DNA from: Deltaproteobacteria bacterium
GTDB taxonomy: Bacteria; Desulfobacterota; JACPFL01
Assembly: GCA_016183025.1 (NCBI GenBank)
Contig: JACPFL010000094.1
Location: 1 to 52,478, forward strand
Reading direction: 5' to 3'
Length of the DNA: 52,478 nt
Shown piece after piece: positions 7,729 to 21,678 of the stretch. The translations under genes were made by a program, and so were the position numbers. Numbering within the stretch: the first letter of the stretch is position 1; each line of letters begins with the position of its first letter. Below the pieces are notes generated by a model, which did not search any database, was not told where the DNA came from, and worked only from the letters and a program-made list of their open reading frames with translations.

Positions 7729-8600
7729 CGCCCCCCCGGGAGGACGCTCTCGGGCTCCCCCGTGACCGGGTCGAGCCGGTACCGGCCGCCCCGCGGGTGG
7801 GGGGGGATCTCCCGCAGCAGGCCGGCCCGGACCAGCTCATGCAGCGAGCGGGGGTGGCGGCCGGCGCGCGCGACGAAGGCCCGGGCCGCGGCCCGCAGCC
7901 CCTCCAGGTGCTGCCGGGTCACCAGGTCCTTCAGCGCCTCCCCGAAGATCTCCGTGGTCACGGGGTCGGGCGACTCCTCGACAATCCGCTGGAGGAACGC
8001 GATGGCTTCCTCCATGTCCCCGCCCTCGGCCAGCAGCTTCGCGGCCAGGCGCGGCAGGTAGCCCGGGCTCCCCGGCATCTCGGCGGCCATCGCGTAGTAG
8101 GCGCCGGCCTGCGCCGGATCATTCAGATAGAAGAAGTGGTTGAATCCCAGGAAGAACGGGACCCACCACCCCATGGGGTCGCGCTTCAGGTCGTCGCCGA
8201 GCTGGTCGATGGCCTTGCGCAGGATCCGGTTGCTCTCCTCGTATTGATGGGCAAAGGCCGCGAGGATGCCGCCGCTGGCCACATAGGGGCTCACGTAATT
8301 CGGGTCCAGCGTGGTGACGGTCTCCGCCAGGTTGTAGAGGGTCCGGTCCCCGGGCGGGAACGTGCGGGTGCTCCCGATGTACTGGACCGTCTGCAACCAG
8401 AGCAGGTCGGCCAGGAGCTGCTCGTAGCCCAGCGAGAAGAACCGGAGGGCCTCGCCAGAAGGGAGGTAGCGGAGCCGCTCGGCCAGGGCGGGGCCTTTGC
8501 GCAGCGCCTCGAGGCGGCCCTGGACCAGTGCGGCGCCCGCCCAGGCCAGCAGGGCTCCGAGCAGGAGCAGTTCCGTGGTGCGTCGGGCCAGGCCGACCAC
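7725..8600 (-). CDS. PilG/XapA-like membrane-anchored TPR-like protein
   Basis: N-terminal TM; LGYEQLLADLLWLQTVQY, LDPNY, PFFLGFNHFFYL, PGSPGYLPRLAA resemble, from memory, the family next to deltaproteobacterial pilus ABC genes; GTGA overlap with the permease. Confidence 0.65.
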   Translation of the reverse strand: MVGLARRTTELLLLGALLAWAGAALVQGRLEALRKGPALAERLRYLPSGEALRFFSLGYEQLLADLLWLQTVQYIGSTRTFPPGDRTLYNLAETVTTLDPNYVSPYVASGGILAAFAHQYEESNRILRKAIDQLGDDLKRDPMGWWVPFFLGFNHFFYLNDPAQAGAYYAMAAEMPGSPGYLPRLAAKLLAEGGDMEEAIAFLQRIVEESPDPVTTEIFGEALKDLVTRQHLEGLRAAARAFVARAGRHPRSLHELVRAGLLREIPPHPRGGRYRLDPVTGEPESVLPGGR

Positions 8601-8601
8601 C

Positions 8602-8745
8602 CTAGCGCCCGTTGGACACCGCCACCAGGAACGCGAGGCCCTGTCGGCTCTGGCCCCGCCACACCCGGTCCACGTCCGCGTCGGTCTCCTGGCACTCGAT
8701 GAGCGAGGCGCGCGGGGCGACGGCGGGCAGCGGCGAGACGGCCAT
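8602..8745 (-). CDS. 47-aa small ORF coupled to thrC
   Basis: ATG overlaps thrC stop (TGATG); almost every codon ends in G/C; stop is 1 nt before the next GTG. Confidence 0.45.
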   Translation of the reverse strand: MAVSPLPAVAPRASLIECQETDADVDRVWRGQSRQGLAFLVAVSNGR

Positions 8746-9803
8746 CAGAAGCGGAGGTGCTTTAGCACGGCCTCGGTGGTGGGCGAGATGGTCGCGGGCC
8801 GGCGGGAGACCCGCAGCGCGCAGTCCAGGTCCTTCAGGCCGTTGCCCGTGAGGGTGCACACGATCCGGTCCCCCCTGCGGAACCGGCCGGCCTTGTTCAG
8901 CTTGATGACCCCCGCCACCGAACTCGCCGAGGCCGGCTCGCAGAAGATCCCCTCCAGCCCCGCGATGAGCTGGTAGGCCTCCAGGATCTGGTCGTCGGAG
9001 ACCATGTCGATCACGCCGCCGGACTCGTCCCGGGCCGCCACCGCCTGCTGCCAGCTCGCGGGGTTGCCGATCCGGATGGCCGTGGCCACGGTCTCGGGAT
9101 GCTCGACCACGTGCCCCCGGACGATGGGGGCGGCCCCCTCGGCCTGGAACCCGAGCAGGATCGGCAAGCCACTCGTGCGGCCGGCCTCCCGGTAGCGCCG
9201 GTACCCCTTCCAGTAGGCGGTGATGTTCCCCGCGTTCCCCACGGGGAGGCTCTGGTAGGTCGGAGCGTCCCCGAGCTGGTCGCAGATCTCGAACGCGGCG
9301 GTCTGCTGCCCCTCGAGGCGGTAGGGGTTGATGGAGTTGACGAGGGCGACCGGGTAGCCCCGGGCGACCTCCTTGACGATGGCCAGGGCCTCGTCGAAGT
9401 TCCCCTGCACCTGCAGGACCTCGGCGCCGTGCATGATGGCCTGGGAGAGCTTGCCCAGGGCGATCTGCCCTTCCGGGATCAGGACGAACGCCCGCAGCCC
9501 CGCCCGGGCGGCGTAGGCCGAGGCCGACGCCGAGGTGTTCCCCGTGGAGGCGCAGATGACGGCGGTGATCCCCTCCCGCAGGGCCTGGGAGACCGCCAGG
9601 GTCATCCCCCGGTCCTTGAACGACCCCGTGGGGTTGCACCCCTCGTACTTCAGGTAGAGCTCGATCTCCCGGTTGATCCAGTCCCGCAGCCGCACCGACC
9701 GGATCAAGGGCGTTCCCCCCTCGAGCAGGGTCACGATGCTCTCCTCTTCCGTCGGGGGGAGGAACTCCCGGAACTCCCGGATGACCCCGCGCCAGGGTGG
9801 CAT
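8745..9803 (-). CDS. thrC: Threonine synthase
   Basis: KYEGCNPTGSFKDRGM PLP-lysine motif, CASTGNTSAS, PVGNAGN, LTGNGLKD. Confidence 0.97.
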   Translation of the reverse strand: MPPWRGVIREFREFLPPTEEESIVTLLEGGTPLIRSVRLRDWINREIELYLKYEGCNPTGSFKDRGMTLAVSQALREGITAVICASTGNTSASASAYAARAGLRAFVLIPEGQIALGKLSQAIMHGAEVLQVQGNFDEALAIVKEVARGYPVALVNSINPYRLEGQQTAAFEICDQLGDAPTYQSLPVGNAGNITAYWKGYRRYREAGRTSGLPILLGFQAEGAAPIVRGHVVEHPETVATAIRIGNPASWQQAVAARDESGGVIDMVSDDQILEAYQLIAGLEGIFCEPASASSVAGVIKLNKAGRFRRGDRIVCTLTGNGLKDLDCALRVSRRPATISPTTEAVLKHLRF

Positions 9804-9806
9804 CGT

Positions 9807-11111
9807 CTACTCCAGCGCCTCGTCCTCGATCCGGAGGACCATCGTCCGATCCAGCACCGCAGGCAGGGCGTCGATGGCCTTCAGGGCCTGGCGGATGTTG
9901 CGCTCCCGGGCCCAGTGGGTGAGCAGGACCACCGGCACCCCCCCCTCGCTCCGGCGCCCCTTCTGGATGACGGAGGAGATGCTGATCTCGTGCCGGCCGA
10001 GGATCCCGGCGATCTGCGCGAAGACCCCGGGACGGTCCACCGCCTGGAATCGGAGGTAGTAGTGGGTCATCAGCTCTTCCACCGACTGGACCGGGGGCGG
10101 CGCGGCCGGCCAGGCCACCACGGGGCTCCGGCCGGCTGTCCCGGCCAGCACCTCCCGCCCGATCTCCAGCAGGTCGCTCACCACCGCGCTGGCCGTCGGC
10201 ATCATCCCGGCCCCCCGGCCGTAGAAGAGCGTCGGGCCCACGGCATCCCCGTCGACGGCGATCGCGTTGAACACGTCGTCCACGCGGGCCAGCAGGTGCC
10301 CCTCGGGGAGCATGGTCGGGTGGACCCGGGCCTCCAGCTCGCCGTCGCGATCCTTGGCGATGGCCAGCAGCTTGATCCGGTACCCGAACTCCCGGGCGAA
10401 CTGGATATCCAGGGGGGTGATCTGCCGGATCCCTTCGGTGTGGAGGTCCTTGGGCCGCGCCTCGACCCCGTAGCCGAGCAGGAGCAGGATGGCCAGCTTC
10501 TGGGCCGCGTCGATCCCGTCCACGTCGAGCGAGGGGTCCGCCTCCGCGTACCCGAGCCGCTGGGCCTCGGCCAGGACCTCGTCAAACGGCCGCCCCTCGT
10601 CGGTCATCCGGGTCAGGATGAAGTTCGCGGTGCCGTTGATGATCGCCAGGATCTCCCGGAAGCGGTTGGCGGCCAGCCCCTGCCGCAGCCCGCGCAGCAC
10701 GGGGATCCCGCCTCCGACACTCGCCTCGAAGCCCAGCGCCCGGCCAGCCCGCTCCGCCGCGGCGAAGAGCTCCCGGCCGTGGCTGGAGAGCAGGGCCTTG
10801 TTGGCCGTGACGACGTGCTTGCCGGCGCCCAGCGCCTGGAGGACATACTGCAAGGCCGGCTCCACGCCGCCGATCAGCTCGACCACGATCTCGACCGCGG
10901 GGTCCTGGATCACGGCCGCAGGGTCGGTGCTGAGCAATTGGCGGTCCACCGCGCGGTCCCGCGCCTTCGCCGGGTCGCGCACCACGATGCGCCTGAGCGT
11001 CAGCTCCGCCCCGAGCCGCCCCCGCAAGCGCGCCCCCTGCTCGGTGAGCAGGCGGACGACGCCGGTCCCGACGGTCCCGCAGCCGAGCAGCCCGATCCCG
11101 ATCGACCTCAC
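9807..11111 (-). CDS. hom: Homoserine dehydrogenase with C-terminal ACT domain
   Basis: [49 protein letters not shown]; GTG start overlaps alaC stop. Confidence 0.96.
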   Translation of the reverse strand: MRSIGIGLLGCGTVGTGVVRLLTEQGARLRGRLGAELTLRRIVVRDPAKARDRAVDRQLLSTDPAAVIQDPAVEIVVELIGGVEPALQYVLQALGAGKHVVTANKALLSSHGRELFAAAERAGRALGFEASVGGGIPVLRGLRQGLAANRFREILAIINGTANFILTRMTDEGRPFDEVLAEAQRLGYAEADPSLDVDGIDAAQKLAILLLLGYGVEARPKDLHTEGIRQITPLDIQFAREFGYRIKLLAIAKDRDGELEARVHPTMLPEGHLLARVDDVFNAIAVDGDAVGPTLFYGRGAGMMPTASAVVSDLLEIGREVLAGTAGRSPVVAWPAAPPPVQSVEELMTHYYLRFQAVDRPGVFAQIAGILGRHEISISSVIQKGRRSEGGVPVVLLTHWARERNIRQALKAIDALPAVLDRTMVLRIEDEALE

Positions 11112-12320
11112 CGGGCCGCCCTCCCGCGCCGTCCCACCGGCACGGCCTTCTTCGGCGGCTCCGGGAGCTGCCGGAGCACGCTCCGGATCCCTTTGACCGC
11201 CTGGCGGATCCGCTGCTCGTTCTCGACCAGGGCGAAGCGGACGTACTCGTCGCCGTACTCGCCGAACCCCACACCGGGGGAGACCGCGACCCTTCCCTCC
11301 GCGAGCAGGAGCTTGGCGAACTCCAGCGACCCCAGGGCCCGGTACGGCTCGGGGATCCGCCCCCAGACGAACATCGTCCCCTTCGGCCGCGCGATCGGCC
11401 AGCCGGCCTTGGTCAGCCCGTCGCACAGGGCATTGCGGCGACGCCGGTAGATCTCGACGATCTCGCCCACGCACTCCTGCGGGCCGTTCAGGGCAATGAT
11501 GGCCGCGATCTGCACCGGCTGGAAGACCCCGTAGTCGAGGTAGCTCTTCAGCCGGGCCAGGGCCGCGATCATCCGCCGGTTGCCCACCGCGAACCCCACG
11601 CGCCATCCCGGCATGCTGTAGCTCTTGGACAGGGTGTAGAACTCCACCCCTACCTCGCGCGCCCCGGGCGCCTCCAGGAAGCTCGGCGCCCGGTAGCCGT
11701 CGAAGACCAGGTCCGCGTAGGCGAAGTCATGGACGACGAGCAGGTGGTGCTCCCGGGCGACCTCCACGACCCGCTTGAAGAAGTCGGGCCCCACGACCTC
11801 CGTGGTCGGGTTGTGCGGGAAGGAGAGGATGAGCATCTTCGGCCCCGGCCAGGTCTGCCGGATGGCTGTCTGCCTCCCCCGGGATGAGCGGCACCCCGCG
11901 CAGGTCCCCGCCCGCGATGACCACCGAATAGGCATGGATCGGGTAGGTGGGCGTCGGCACCAGGACGGAGTCGCCGGGCCCGACCGTGCCCAGCACCAGG
12001 TGGGAGAGCCCCTCCTTGGCGCCGATGGTGACGATCGCCTCCTCCTCGGGATCCAGCTCCACGCGATAGTTCCGGCGGTACCAGTCGCAGATGGCCACCC
12101 GGAGCTTGGTGATCCCGCGGGAGGCGGAGTAGCGGTGGTTGCGGGGGTTGCGCGCTGCCTCGACGAGCTTGTCGACGATGTGCCCGGGGGTGGGGAGGTC
12201 CGGGTTCCCCATCCCGAGGTCGATGATGTCTTCCCCCCGTCGCCGTGCCTGGATCTTCAGCTCGTTGACGATGTTGAACACGTAGGGGGGGAGCCGCTTG
12301 ATCCGAGGGAATTCGTCCAC
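11108..12320 (-). pseudogene. alaC: Class I/II PLP aminotransferase (AlaC / LL-DAP aminotransferase-like), frameshifted near 11873
   Basis: N-half ([20 protein letters not shown]) in ORF 11727..12320; C-half ([27 protein letters not shown]) in another frame (ORF 11108..11935). Confidence 0.85.
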
Positions 12321-12328
12321 GCCGTCTC

Positions 12329-13245
12329 CTAGAACACGCGTTCAGCCGCGGCCCGGGGGCCAACCTCCCTCAGGCGGTCGGCAACCCGACCTCCGGCACC
12401 CAGGCGGCCGGAGCCGCCGTCCGTCGCCGTGGCGCCATAAGCTCCGCCCACCGCGCTCTGCTCCCGGGCGTGGCGCATCGCCTCCTCGGCGTTGTACGAG
12501 CTTCGCACCAGGGGCCCGGCGAACACATAGGGGAAGCCGAGCTGCCGGCCGAAGGCCTCATAGTCCCGAAACACCTCCGGCGGCACGTACTCGGCCACGG
12601 GGAGATGGTGACGGGTGGGCCGCAGATACTGCCCGATGGTCAGGATGTCGCAGCCGGCCGCCCGGAGGTCGCGCATCACGCCGGCGACCTCCTGCCGCGT
12701 CTCGCCGAGCCCGACCATGAGCCCCGACTTCACCGGGATCCCCCGGCCGAGGGACTTGGCCATGGCCAGCACGCCGAGGGAGCGCTCGTACACCGCCTGC
12801 GGGCGAACCTGGCGCTACAGCCGCGGCACCGTCTCCACGTTGTGGTTGTAGATGTCCGGCCCGCGCTCAGGCGGCGGATCGCCCGGATCGTCTCGGCGAA
12901 GATGGGCGCCCCGCCGTCTTCCCGCTCGTCGCGGTTCACCGACGTGATCACGACGTGCCGGAGCCCCAGGGCCTGCACGGCCCGGGCCACCCGCTCCGGC
13001 TCCTCCCAGTCCAGCCCGGTGGGCCGTCCGGTCTTCACGGCGCAGAAGCCGCAGCTCCGGGTGCAGACGTCGCCGAGAATCATGAAGGTGGCGGTCCCCC
13101 GTGCGAAGCACTCCCCGATATTGGGGCAGCGGGCCTCCTCGCAGACCGAGTGCAGCCCCCGGGCACGGAGCACGGCCTTGACCCCATGGATCTGAGGGGT
13201 GAGCACGCCCCGATTGATGACCCAGCGGGGAAGGCGATCAGACAT
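12329..13245 (-). pseudogene. lipA: Lipoyl synthase disrupted by deletion/frameshift (~12863) and in-frame TAG (12815-12817)
   Basis: [12 protein letters not shown] and CTRSCGFC in one frame; [51 protein letters not shown] in another. Confidence 0.9.
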
Positions 13246-13255
13246 GATCCATTTG

Positions 13256-13284
13256 AAACTACAACAGTTACCGGTGTGAGTCAA
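13256..13284 (-). promoter_or_regulatory. Sigma70-type promoter for lipA-alaC-hom-thrC (very short leader)
   Basis: TTGACT-17nt-TAGTTT, 10 nt upstream of the lipA ATG, in an AT-rich patch. Confidence 0.6.
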
Positions 13285-13346
13285 AGCAAACCGGCCGTGC
13301 CTCGACGGCCCGCGCCGGGCAACCGGGACCCTCGGAGGCGGGGGGA

Positions 13347-15500
13347 TCAGCCGATCCCGACCAGCTCGAGCCGTCCCTGCCAGCGTCGGCGAAGGACCAT
13401 CCGGGTGGCCGGCTCCCCCCGAAGCCGGGGATCCTCGCGGACCAGGGCAAAGGCCGCCTCGCGCGCCTGGGCGAGCAGGGATCCGTCCCGGAGGAGGTTC
13501 CCCACGCGGAAGTCGGGCAGCCCTGACTGGCGGGTCCCCAGGAACTCCCCCGGGCCGCGCAGGGCTAGGTCCTCCTCGGCGATCTGGAAGCCATCCGCGG
13601 TCCGGGCCATGGCCTGCAGCCGCCGCCGCACCTCCTCGCTCTGGGCGCGCGGGGCCACGAGCACGCACTGGGAGGGGTGGCTCCCCCGGCCCACCCGGCC
13701 GCGGAGCTGATGGAGCTGGGAGAGGCCGAAGCGCTCCGCATGCTCGACGACCATGAGGGTCGCGTTGGCGACGTCGATGCCCACCTCGATCACCGTGGTC
13801 GCCACCAGGACGTCCACGCGGCCCTCCCGGAACTCCGCCATGACGCGGTCCTTCTCCTCCCCCGACAGGCGCCCGTGCACGAGCCCCACGCGGCAGGGCC
13901 GGGGGAGCGACCGCAGCGTCTCGTGGGCCGCGAGCCGCTGCTGGAGCTCCTCGGCCATCCGCGTGGCGTCCCGCAGCTCCGCCGCCTTCTCGGACTCCTC
14001 CACGAGCGGGTAGACCACGTAGGCCTGTCGCCCCGCCTGCACCTCCCCCGCGACCAGCCGCTCGATCAGCGCCCGGTGTTCGGCCGGGACGACCCGCGTC
14101 CGGATCGGCTGGCGTCCGGGGGGCATACCGTCGATGACTGCGAGATCCAGGTCACCGTAGACGGTCAGGGCCAGGGTGCGCGGGATGGGGGTGGCGGTCA
14201 TGACCAGGATATCCGGGTGGGCCCCCTTGGCCCGCAGGGCCGCGCGCTGCAGGACCCCGAAGCGGTGTTGCTCGTCGATGACCGCGAGGCCGAGGCGTGC
14301 GAAGGCCAGCGGCTCCTGGATCAGGGCGTGCGTCCCCACCACGATCTCGTAGAGCCCCTGGGCCACGTGGCGGTGCAGCCGCTCCCGCTGGGCCGGCGTG
14401 AGGGCGCTGGTGAGCAGGGCCACGCGCACCCCGAGCGGGGCCACGAGCTGGTGGACGGTGCGGTAGTGCTGCTCGGCCAGGATCTCGGTGGGGGCCATCA
14501 GGGCTGCCTGGTAGCCGCTCTCCACGGCCATCAGGGACGCCAGCACGGCCACCAGGGTCTTCCCGCTCCCCACATCGCCCTGCAGCAGGCGGTTCATGGG
14601 ACGCGGGGCCTCCATGTCCCGACGGATCTCCTCCAGCACGCGGGCCTGGGCGTTGGTCAGGGCGAACGGCAGGCCACCGAGCAGGCGGTCCGTCAGGCGC
14701 CCGGTGGGACGGAAGGCGATGCCGGGCTCCTCCTGCACGCCCTGGCGACGCAGGGCGAGGCCCAGCTCCAGGAAGAAGAACTCGTCGAAGATGAGGCGGC
14801 GGTGGGCCGGGGAGCCTTCACGGTTCAGGGCCTCGACATCGGCGTCCTCCGGCGGGAAGTGGACGTCGCGCAGGCTGTCGGCCAGGTCCGGCAGGACATG
14901 CTGCGTGCGGACCGCCGCGGGCAGGCCCTCCAGCGCGCCGGCCGCGTACTCGTCCACCGCGTGCTTCATGATCCGGCGGAGCTGCCGCTGGTACAGCCCC
15001 TCGGGCAGGGTGTACACGGGCACGATCCGCCGGAAGTGCAGCGGCTCCGACCCCTCCCCCTCCTCCTCGGCCAGCTCCACCTCCGGATGGATCATCTCCC
15101 GGCTCCCCCCGTAGGCCCGGACCTCGCCGTAGAGGATCAGCCGCTGGCCCCGGCGGAAGCGGGCCATCATGGTTCGGGGGTGGAACTGGAACCACTTGCA
15201 CGAGAGCGTGCCGCTCCCGTCGCCGACCACGAGCTCGAAGAGGTGACGACGTCCCCCGGCGATGGGACGGGTGCCGAGCAGGAGGACCTCGCCAAGGAGG
15301 CTCTGGTGGGTCCCGATCTGCGCCTGCGCGATCCGGGTGAAGTGGCGCCGGTCCTCGTAGCGCCGGGGGAGGGTATAGAGGGCGTCCTCGACCGTGACCA
15401 CCCCGCGCTGCAGGAAGATCTGAGCGAGGCGCGGGCCCACCCCCTTCACGTACTGGAACGGGGTGCCGAGGTCGCGGGTCGGAGCGGGGCTCTGCGCCAG
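13347..15500 (-). CDS. recG: ATP-dependent DNA helicase RecG (probable CTG start)
   Basis: [57 protein letters not shown]; first GTG at 15449. Confidence 0.96.
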   Translation of the reverse strand: MAQSPAPTRDLGTPFQYVKGVGPRLAQIFLQRGVVTVEDALYTLPRRYEDRRHFTRIAQAQIGTHQSLLGEVLLLGTRPIAGGRRHLFELVVGDGSGTLSCKWFQFHPRTMMARFRRGQRLILYGEVRAYGGSREMIHPEVELAEEEGEGSEPLHFRRIVPVYTLPEGLYQRQLRRIMKHAVDEYAAGALEGLPAAVRTQHVLPDLADSLRDVHFPPEDADVEALNREGSPAHRRLIFDEFFFLELGLALRRQGVQEEPGIAFRPTGRLTDRLLGGLPFALTNAQARVLEEIRRDMEAPRPMNRLLQGDVGSGKTLVAVLASLMAVESGYQAALMAPTEILAEQHYRTVHQLVAPLGVRVALLTSALTPAQRERLHRHVAQGLYEIVVGTHALIQEPLAFARLGLAVIDEQHRFGVLQRAALRAKGAHPDILVMTATPIPRTLALTVYGDLDLAVIDGMPPGRQPIRTRVVPAEHRALIERLVAGEVQAGRQAYVVYPLVEESEKAAELRDATRMAEELQQRLAAHETLRSLPRPCRVGLVHGRLSGEEKDRVMAEFREGRVDVLVATTVIEVGIDVANATLMVVEHAERFGLSQLHQLRGRVGRGSHPSQCVLVAPRAQSEEVRRRLQAMARTADGFQIAEEDLALRGPGEFLGTRQSGLPDFRVGNLLRDGSLLAQAREAAFALVREDPRLRGEPATRMVLRRRWQGRLELVGIG

Positions 15501-15511
15501 CGGGGCCTCCG

Positions 15512-15984
15512 TCAGTCAAAGAGGATATCGAGGACCTGGTACTCCTTGGTCCCGGAGGGGACCTTGACCCGCACGGTGTCGTCCACCCCGTGCCCGATCA
15601 GGGCCCGGCCCACCGGCGAGGTGACGGAGATCTTCCCCTCCTTGATGTTCGCCTCGTCCACGCCCACGATCTTGTACGTCACCCGCTCCCCGGTCTCCAT
15701 GTCCTCGAGCAGCACCCGGGCGCCGAAGACCACCTTGTCCCGGGGGACGCTGGAGGGGTCGATGACCTGGGCCCGCGCCAGCTTGTCCTCGATCTCCTGG
15801 ATCCGCCCCTCGATGAACGACTGGCGCTCCTTCGCGGCCAGGTACTCCGCATTCTCCCAGAGGTCCCCGTGCCCGCGGGCCTCGGCGATATCCCGGATCA
15901 CCTTGGGGCGCTCCTCGCGCTTCAGCCGCTTCAACTCTTCCTGGAGGCTCTCGTAGCCCTCGCGGGTCATCGGGATGTCCTGGC

Positions 15985-15988
<4 letters not shown>
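15512..15988 (-). CDS. greA: Transcription elongation factor GreA
   Basis: [39 protein letters not shown]; ATGA overlap with carB. Confidence 0.96.
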
Positions 15989-19253
<3,265 letters not shown>

Positions 19254-19257
<4 letters not shown>

Positions 19258-20423
19258 CCCCTGCCGGCCGGCCCCTCACGGCCGGGCCAGGCGCGCATGA
19301 GCGCGACAAACCGGTCGAAGAGGTACCGCGCGTCGTGCGGCCCCGGTGAGGCCTCCGGGTGGTACTGGATCGCGTAGGCCCCGAGCGCCGGGCAGGCCAG
19401 CCCCTCCAGCGTCCCGTCGTACAGGTTCCGGTGCGTCGCCTCGACCCCCACGGGGAGCGACTCGCCGTCCACCGCGAACCCATGGTTCTGGCAGGTGATC
19501 TCGATCCGCCCGGTGGCCACGTCGAGCACCGGGTGGTTGGCCCCGTGGTGGCCGAACTTCAGCTTGTAGGTCCGCGCCCCCAGCGCGAGCCCCAGGAGCT
19601 GATGCCCCAGGCAGATCCCCAGGATCGGGCGCTGTCCCAGCAGCCGGCGCACCGCCTCGATCGCGTAGGGGACGCCCTCGGGGTCACCCGGCCCGTTCGA
19701 GAGCACAATGCCGTCCGGATCCAGAGCCAGGCAGGGCTCAGCGCCGGTCATGGCCGGCACGACCGTGACCCGGCACCCCCGGGCCACGAGCTGCCGGAGA
19801 ATGCTCCGCTTGATCCCGAAGTCGTAGGCCACCACATGCCAGGGCCGTCCCTCCGGTCCCGAGGCGCTCCCTGCCGGGCTTGGTTCCAGCGGATGCGGGG
19901 CCTCGCCCCAGGCGTACGGAGCCGGACACGTGACCTCCCCGGCGAGGTCGCGGCCGACCAGCCCCGGCGCGGCCCGGGCCCGCGCGACCAGACGCTCCCG
20001 GTCGCGCTCCACGGTCGAGAGCACGGCCTGCTGGGCCCCGAGGGTCCGGATGCGGCGTGTCAGGGCCCGCGTGTCCACCCCCTCGATCGCCACCATCCCC
20101 CAGCGGGTCAGAAACGCGGGCAGGCTCTCCCGGGCCCGCCAGCTGCTGGGCGCGGGGGGGAGCTCCCGGACCACCAGCCCGCAGGCGAAGGGGCGGGCCG
20201 CCTCCATGTCCTCCGGGGTGGTCCCGACGATCCCGATCTCCGGCGCGGTCATCGCGACGATCTGCCCGTGGTACGAGGGGTCGGTCAGGATCTCCTGATA
20301 GCCGGTCAGGCTGGTGTTGAAGACCAGCTCGCCCACCACCTCGCCGGGCGCGCCGCACGCGTGTCCCTCGAAGACCGCGCCGTCTGCCAGGGCCAGGAGC
20401 GCCGGCCGATCCCCCGCCCTCAT
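19254..20423 (-). CDS. carA: Carbamoyl-phosphate synthase small subunit
   Basis: [43 protein letters not shown]; ATG overlaps pyrB stop. Confidence 0.97.
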
Positions 20424-21619
20424 CGGAACAGCTCCCCTCGGCCCCGCGTGGGCGGTCTCACCTCGACCTCGCAGTACGCGCAGCGCAGCCCCCCCGCCTC
20501 GGCGGCCGGCACGAAACGCGGGCGGACATCGGGCTCGCTCAGGCTCACGCACCGGTCGTTGATGCACCGCACCCCCCGCACCCGGACCGACCGGACGGAG
20601 AGGCGGGGCCGCGGTCCGGGGGCGAAGCCCCCGGAGCGCACCACGCCCAGGAACAGCGCCGTCAGGGCCATCCGCACGGCCACCCCGTAGGAGGCCTGGC
20701 GAAAGTATCCGGCCCGCTTGTCCTCGTCTACGTCGTAATCCAGCTCGTTCACGCGCGGGAGCGGGTGCAGCACGAGCGCGTCCTCCTGGGCCTTGCGGAG
20801 GAGGGCCCGGCTCAGCCGGAAGCTCTCGGCGGCCAGCGCCGGCCCCTCCCCCCGCGGCAGGCGTTCCTTCTGGACGCGGGTCAGGTACAGGACGTCGAAC
20901 TGCTCGATCAGGTCCTGGTAGAGGCCGTCCCCCGAGCGGCGTCGCGGGGCCGACGCCTCGCCCGCGATCGCCTCGTCGAGCCGGCTGAATTCACGGATCC
21001 GGCAGCCGTACTCGCGGAGCAGGCGCTCCCGCACGTGGGCGGGGAGCTGGAACCCGGGGGGCGCCACGCACGTGATCCGGGCGCCGAAGCGGGCCAGGCC
21101 GTACGCCAGGGAGTGGACCGTCCGGCCGTACCGGAGGTCGCCGCACAGGGCCACGTGCAGCCCCTGCACCTTGCCCTTCTCCTTCCGCATGGTGTAGAGG
21201 TCGCACAGCGTCTGGGTCGGGTGCTCGTGGGTCCCGTCCCCTCCGCTGATCACGGGGATCCGCGCGCACTCGGCCGCCACCCGCGTGGAGCCGTCCAGGT
21301 AGTGGCGCATGACCAGCAGGTCCGCGTAGTGCTGGACCACCCGGACCGAATCCCGGATGGTCTCCCCCTTCGCGGCCGAGGAGCTCACCCGGGCGTTCTC
21401 GGTTGAGAGCACCGCCCCGCCCAGGCGGTGCATGGCGCTCTCGAAGGAGAGCCGCGTCCTGGTCGAGGGCTCGTAGAACAGCGTGCAGAGGATCTTCCCC
21501 CGGCACAGGTCCAGGGGGCCGCCGCGCCGGAGCAGGCTGGCCATCTCGTCGGCCCCGACGAAGACGGCCTCCACCTCTTCGTTGGTGAGGTCGTTAATGG
21601 AGACCAGGCTCCGCCGCAC
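20420..21619 (-). CDS. pyrB: Aspartate carbamoyltransferase fused to a PyrI-like zinc-binding domain
   Basis: [45 protein letters not shown]; C-terminal RCINDRCVS...LRCAYCE; GTG 21619 taken as start. Confidence 0.93.
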   Translation of the reverse strand: MRRSLVSINDLTNEEVEAVFVGADEMASLLRRGGPLDLCRGKILCTLFYEPSTRTRLSFESAMHRLGGAVLSTENARVSSSAAKGETIRDSVRVVQHYADLLVMRHYLDGSTRVAAECARIPVISGGDGTHEHPTQTLCDLYTMRKEKGKVQGLHVALCGDLRYGRTVHSLAYGLARFGARITCVAPPGFQLPAHVRERLLREYGCRIREFSRLDEAIAGEASAPRRRSGDGLYQDLIEQFDVLYLTRVQKERLPRGEGPALAAESFRLSRALLRKAQEDALVLHPLPRVNELDYDVDEDKRAGYFRQASYGVAVRMALTALFLGVVRSGGFAPGPRPRLSVRSVRVRGVRCINDRCVSLSEPDVRPRFVPAAEAGGLRCAYCEVEVRPPTRGRGELFR

Positions 21620-21645
21620 GCCTACGCCCCGCCCCGGCCGCCGGC

Positions 21646-21678
21646 AAAAAAAAACCTCCCGCCCCGTGCCCAGGAGGT
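21646..21678 (-). terminator. Intrinsic terminator/attenuator in pyrB leader
   Basis: Minus strand ACCTCCTG...CGGGAGG stem followed by T9, between promoter and pyrB start. Confidence 0.8.

Noticed and set aside
12815-12817. TAG recoding (pyrrolysine or stop reassignment) in lipA
   Set aside because: TAG is the normal stop of many genes here (hom, rplV, tuf and others), and lipA is also frameshifted
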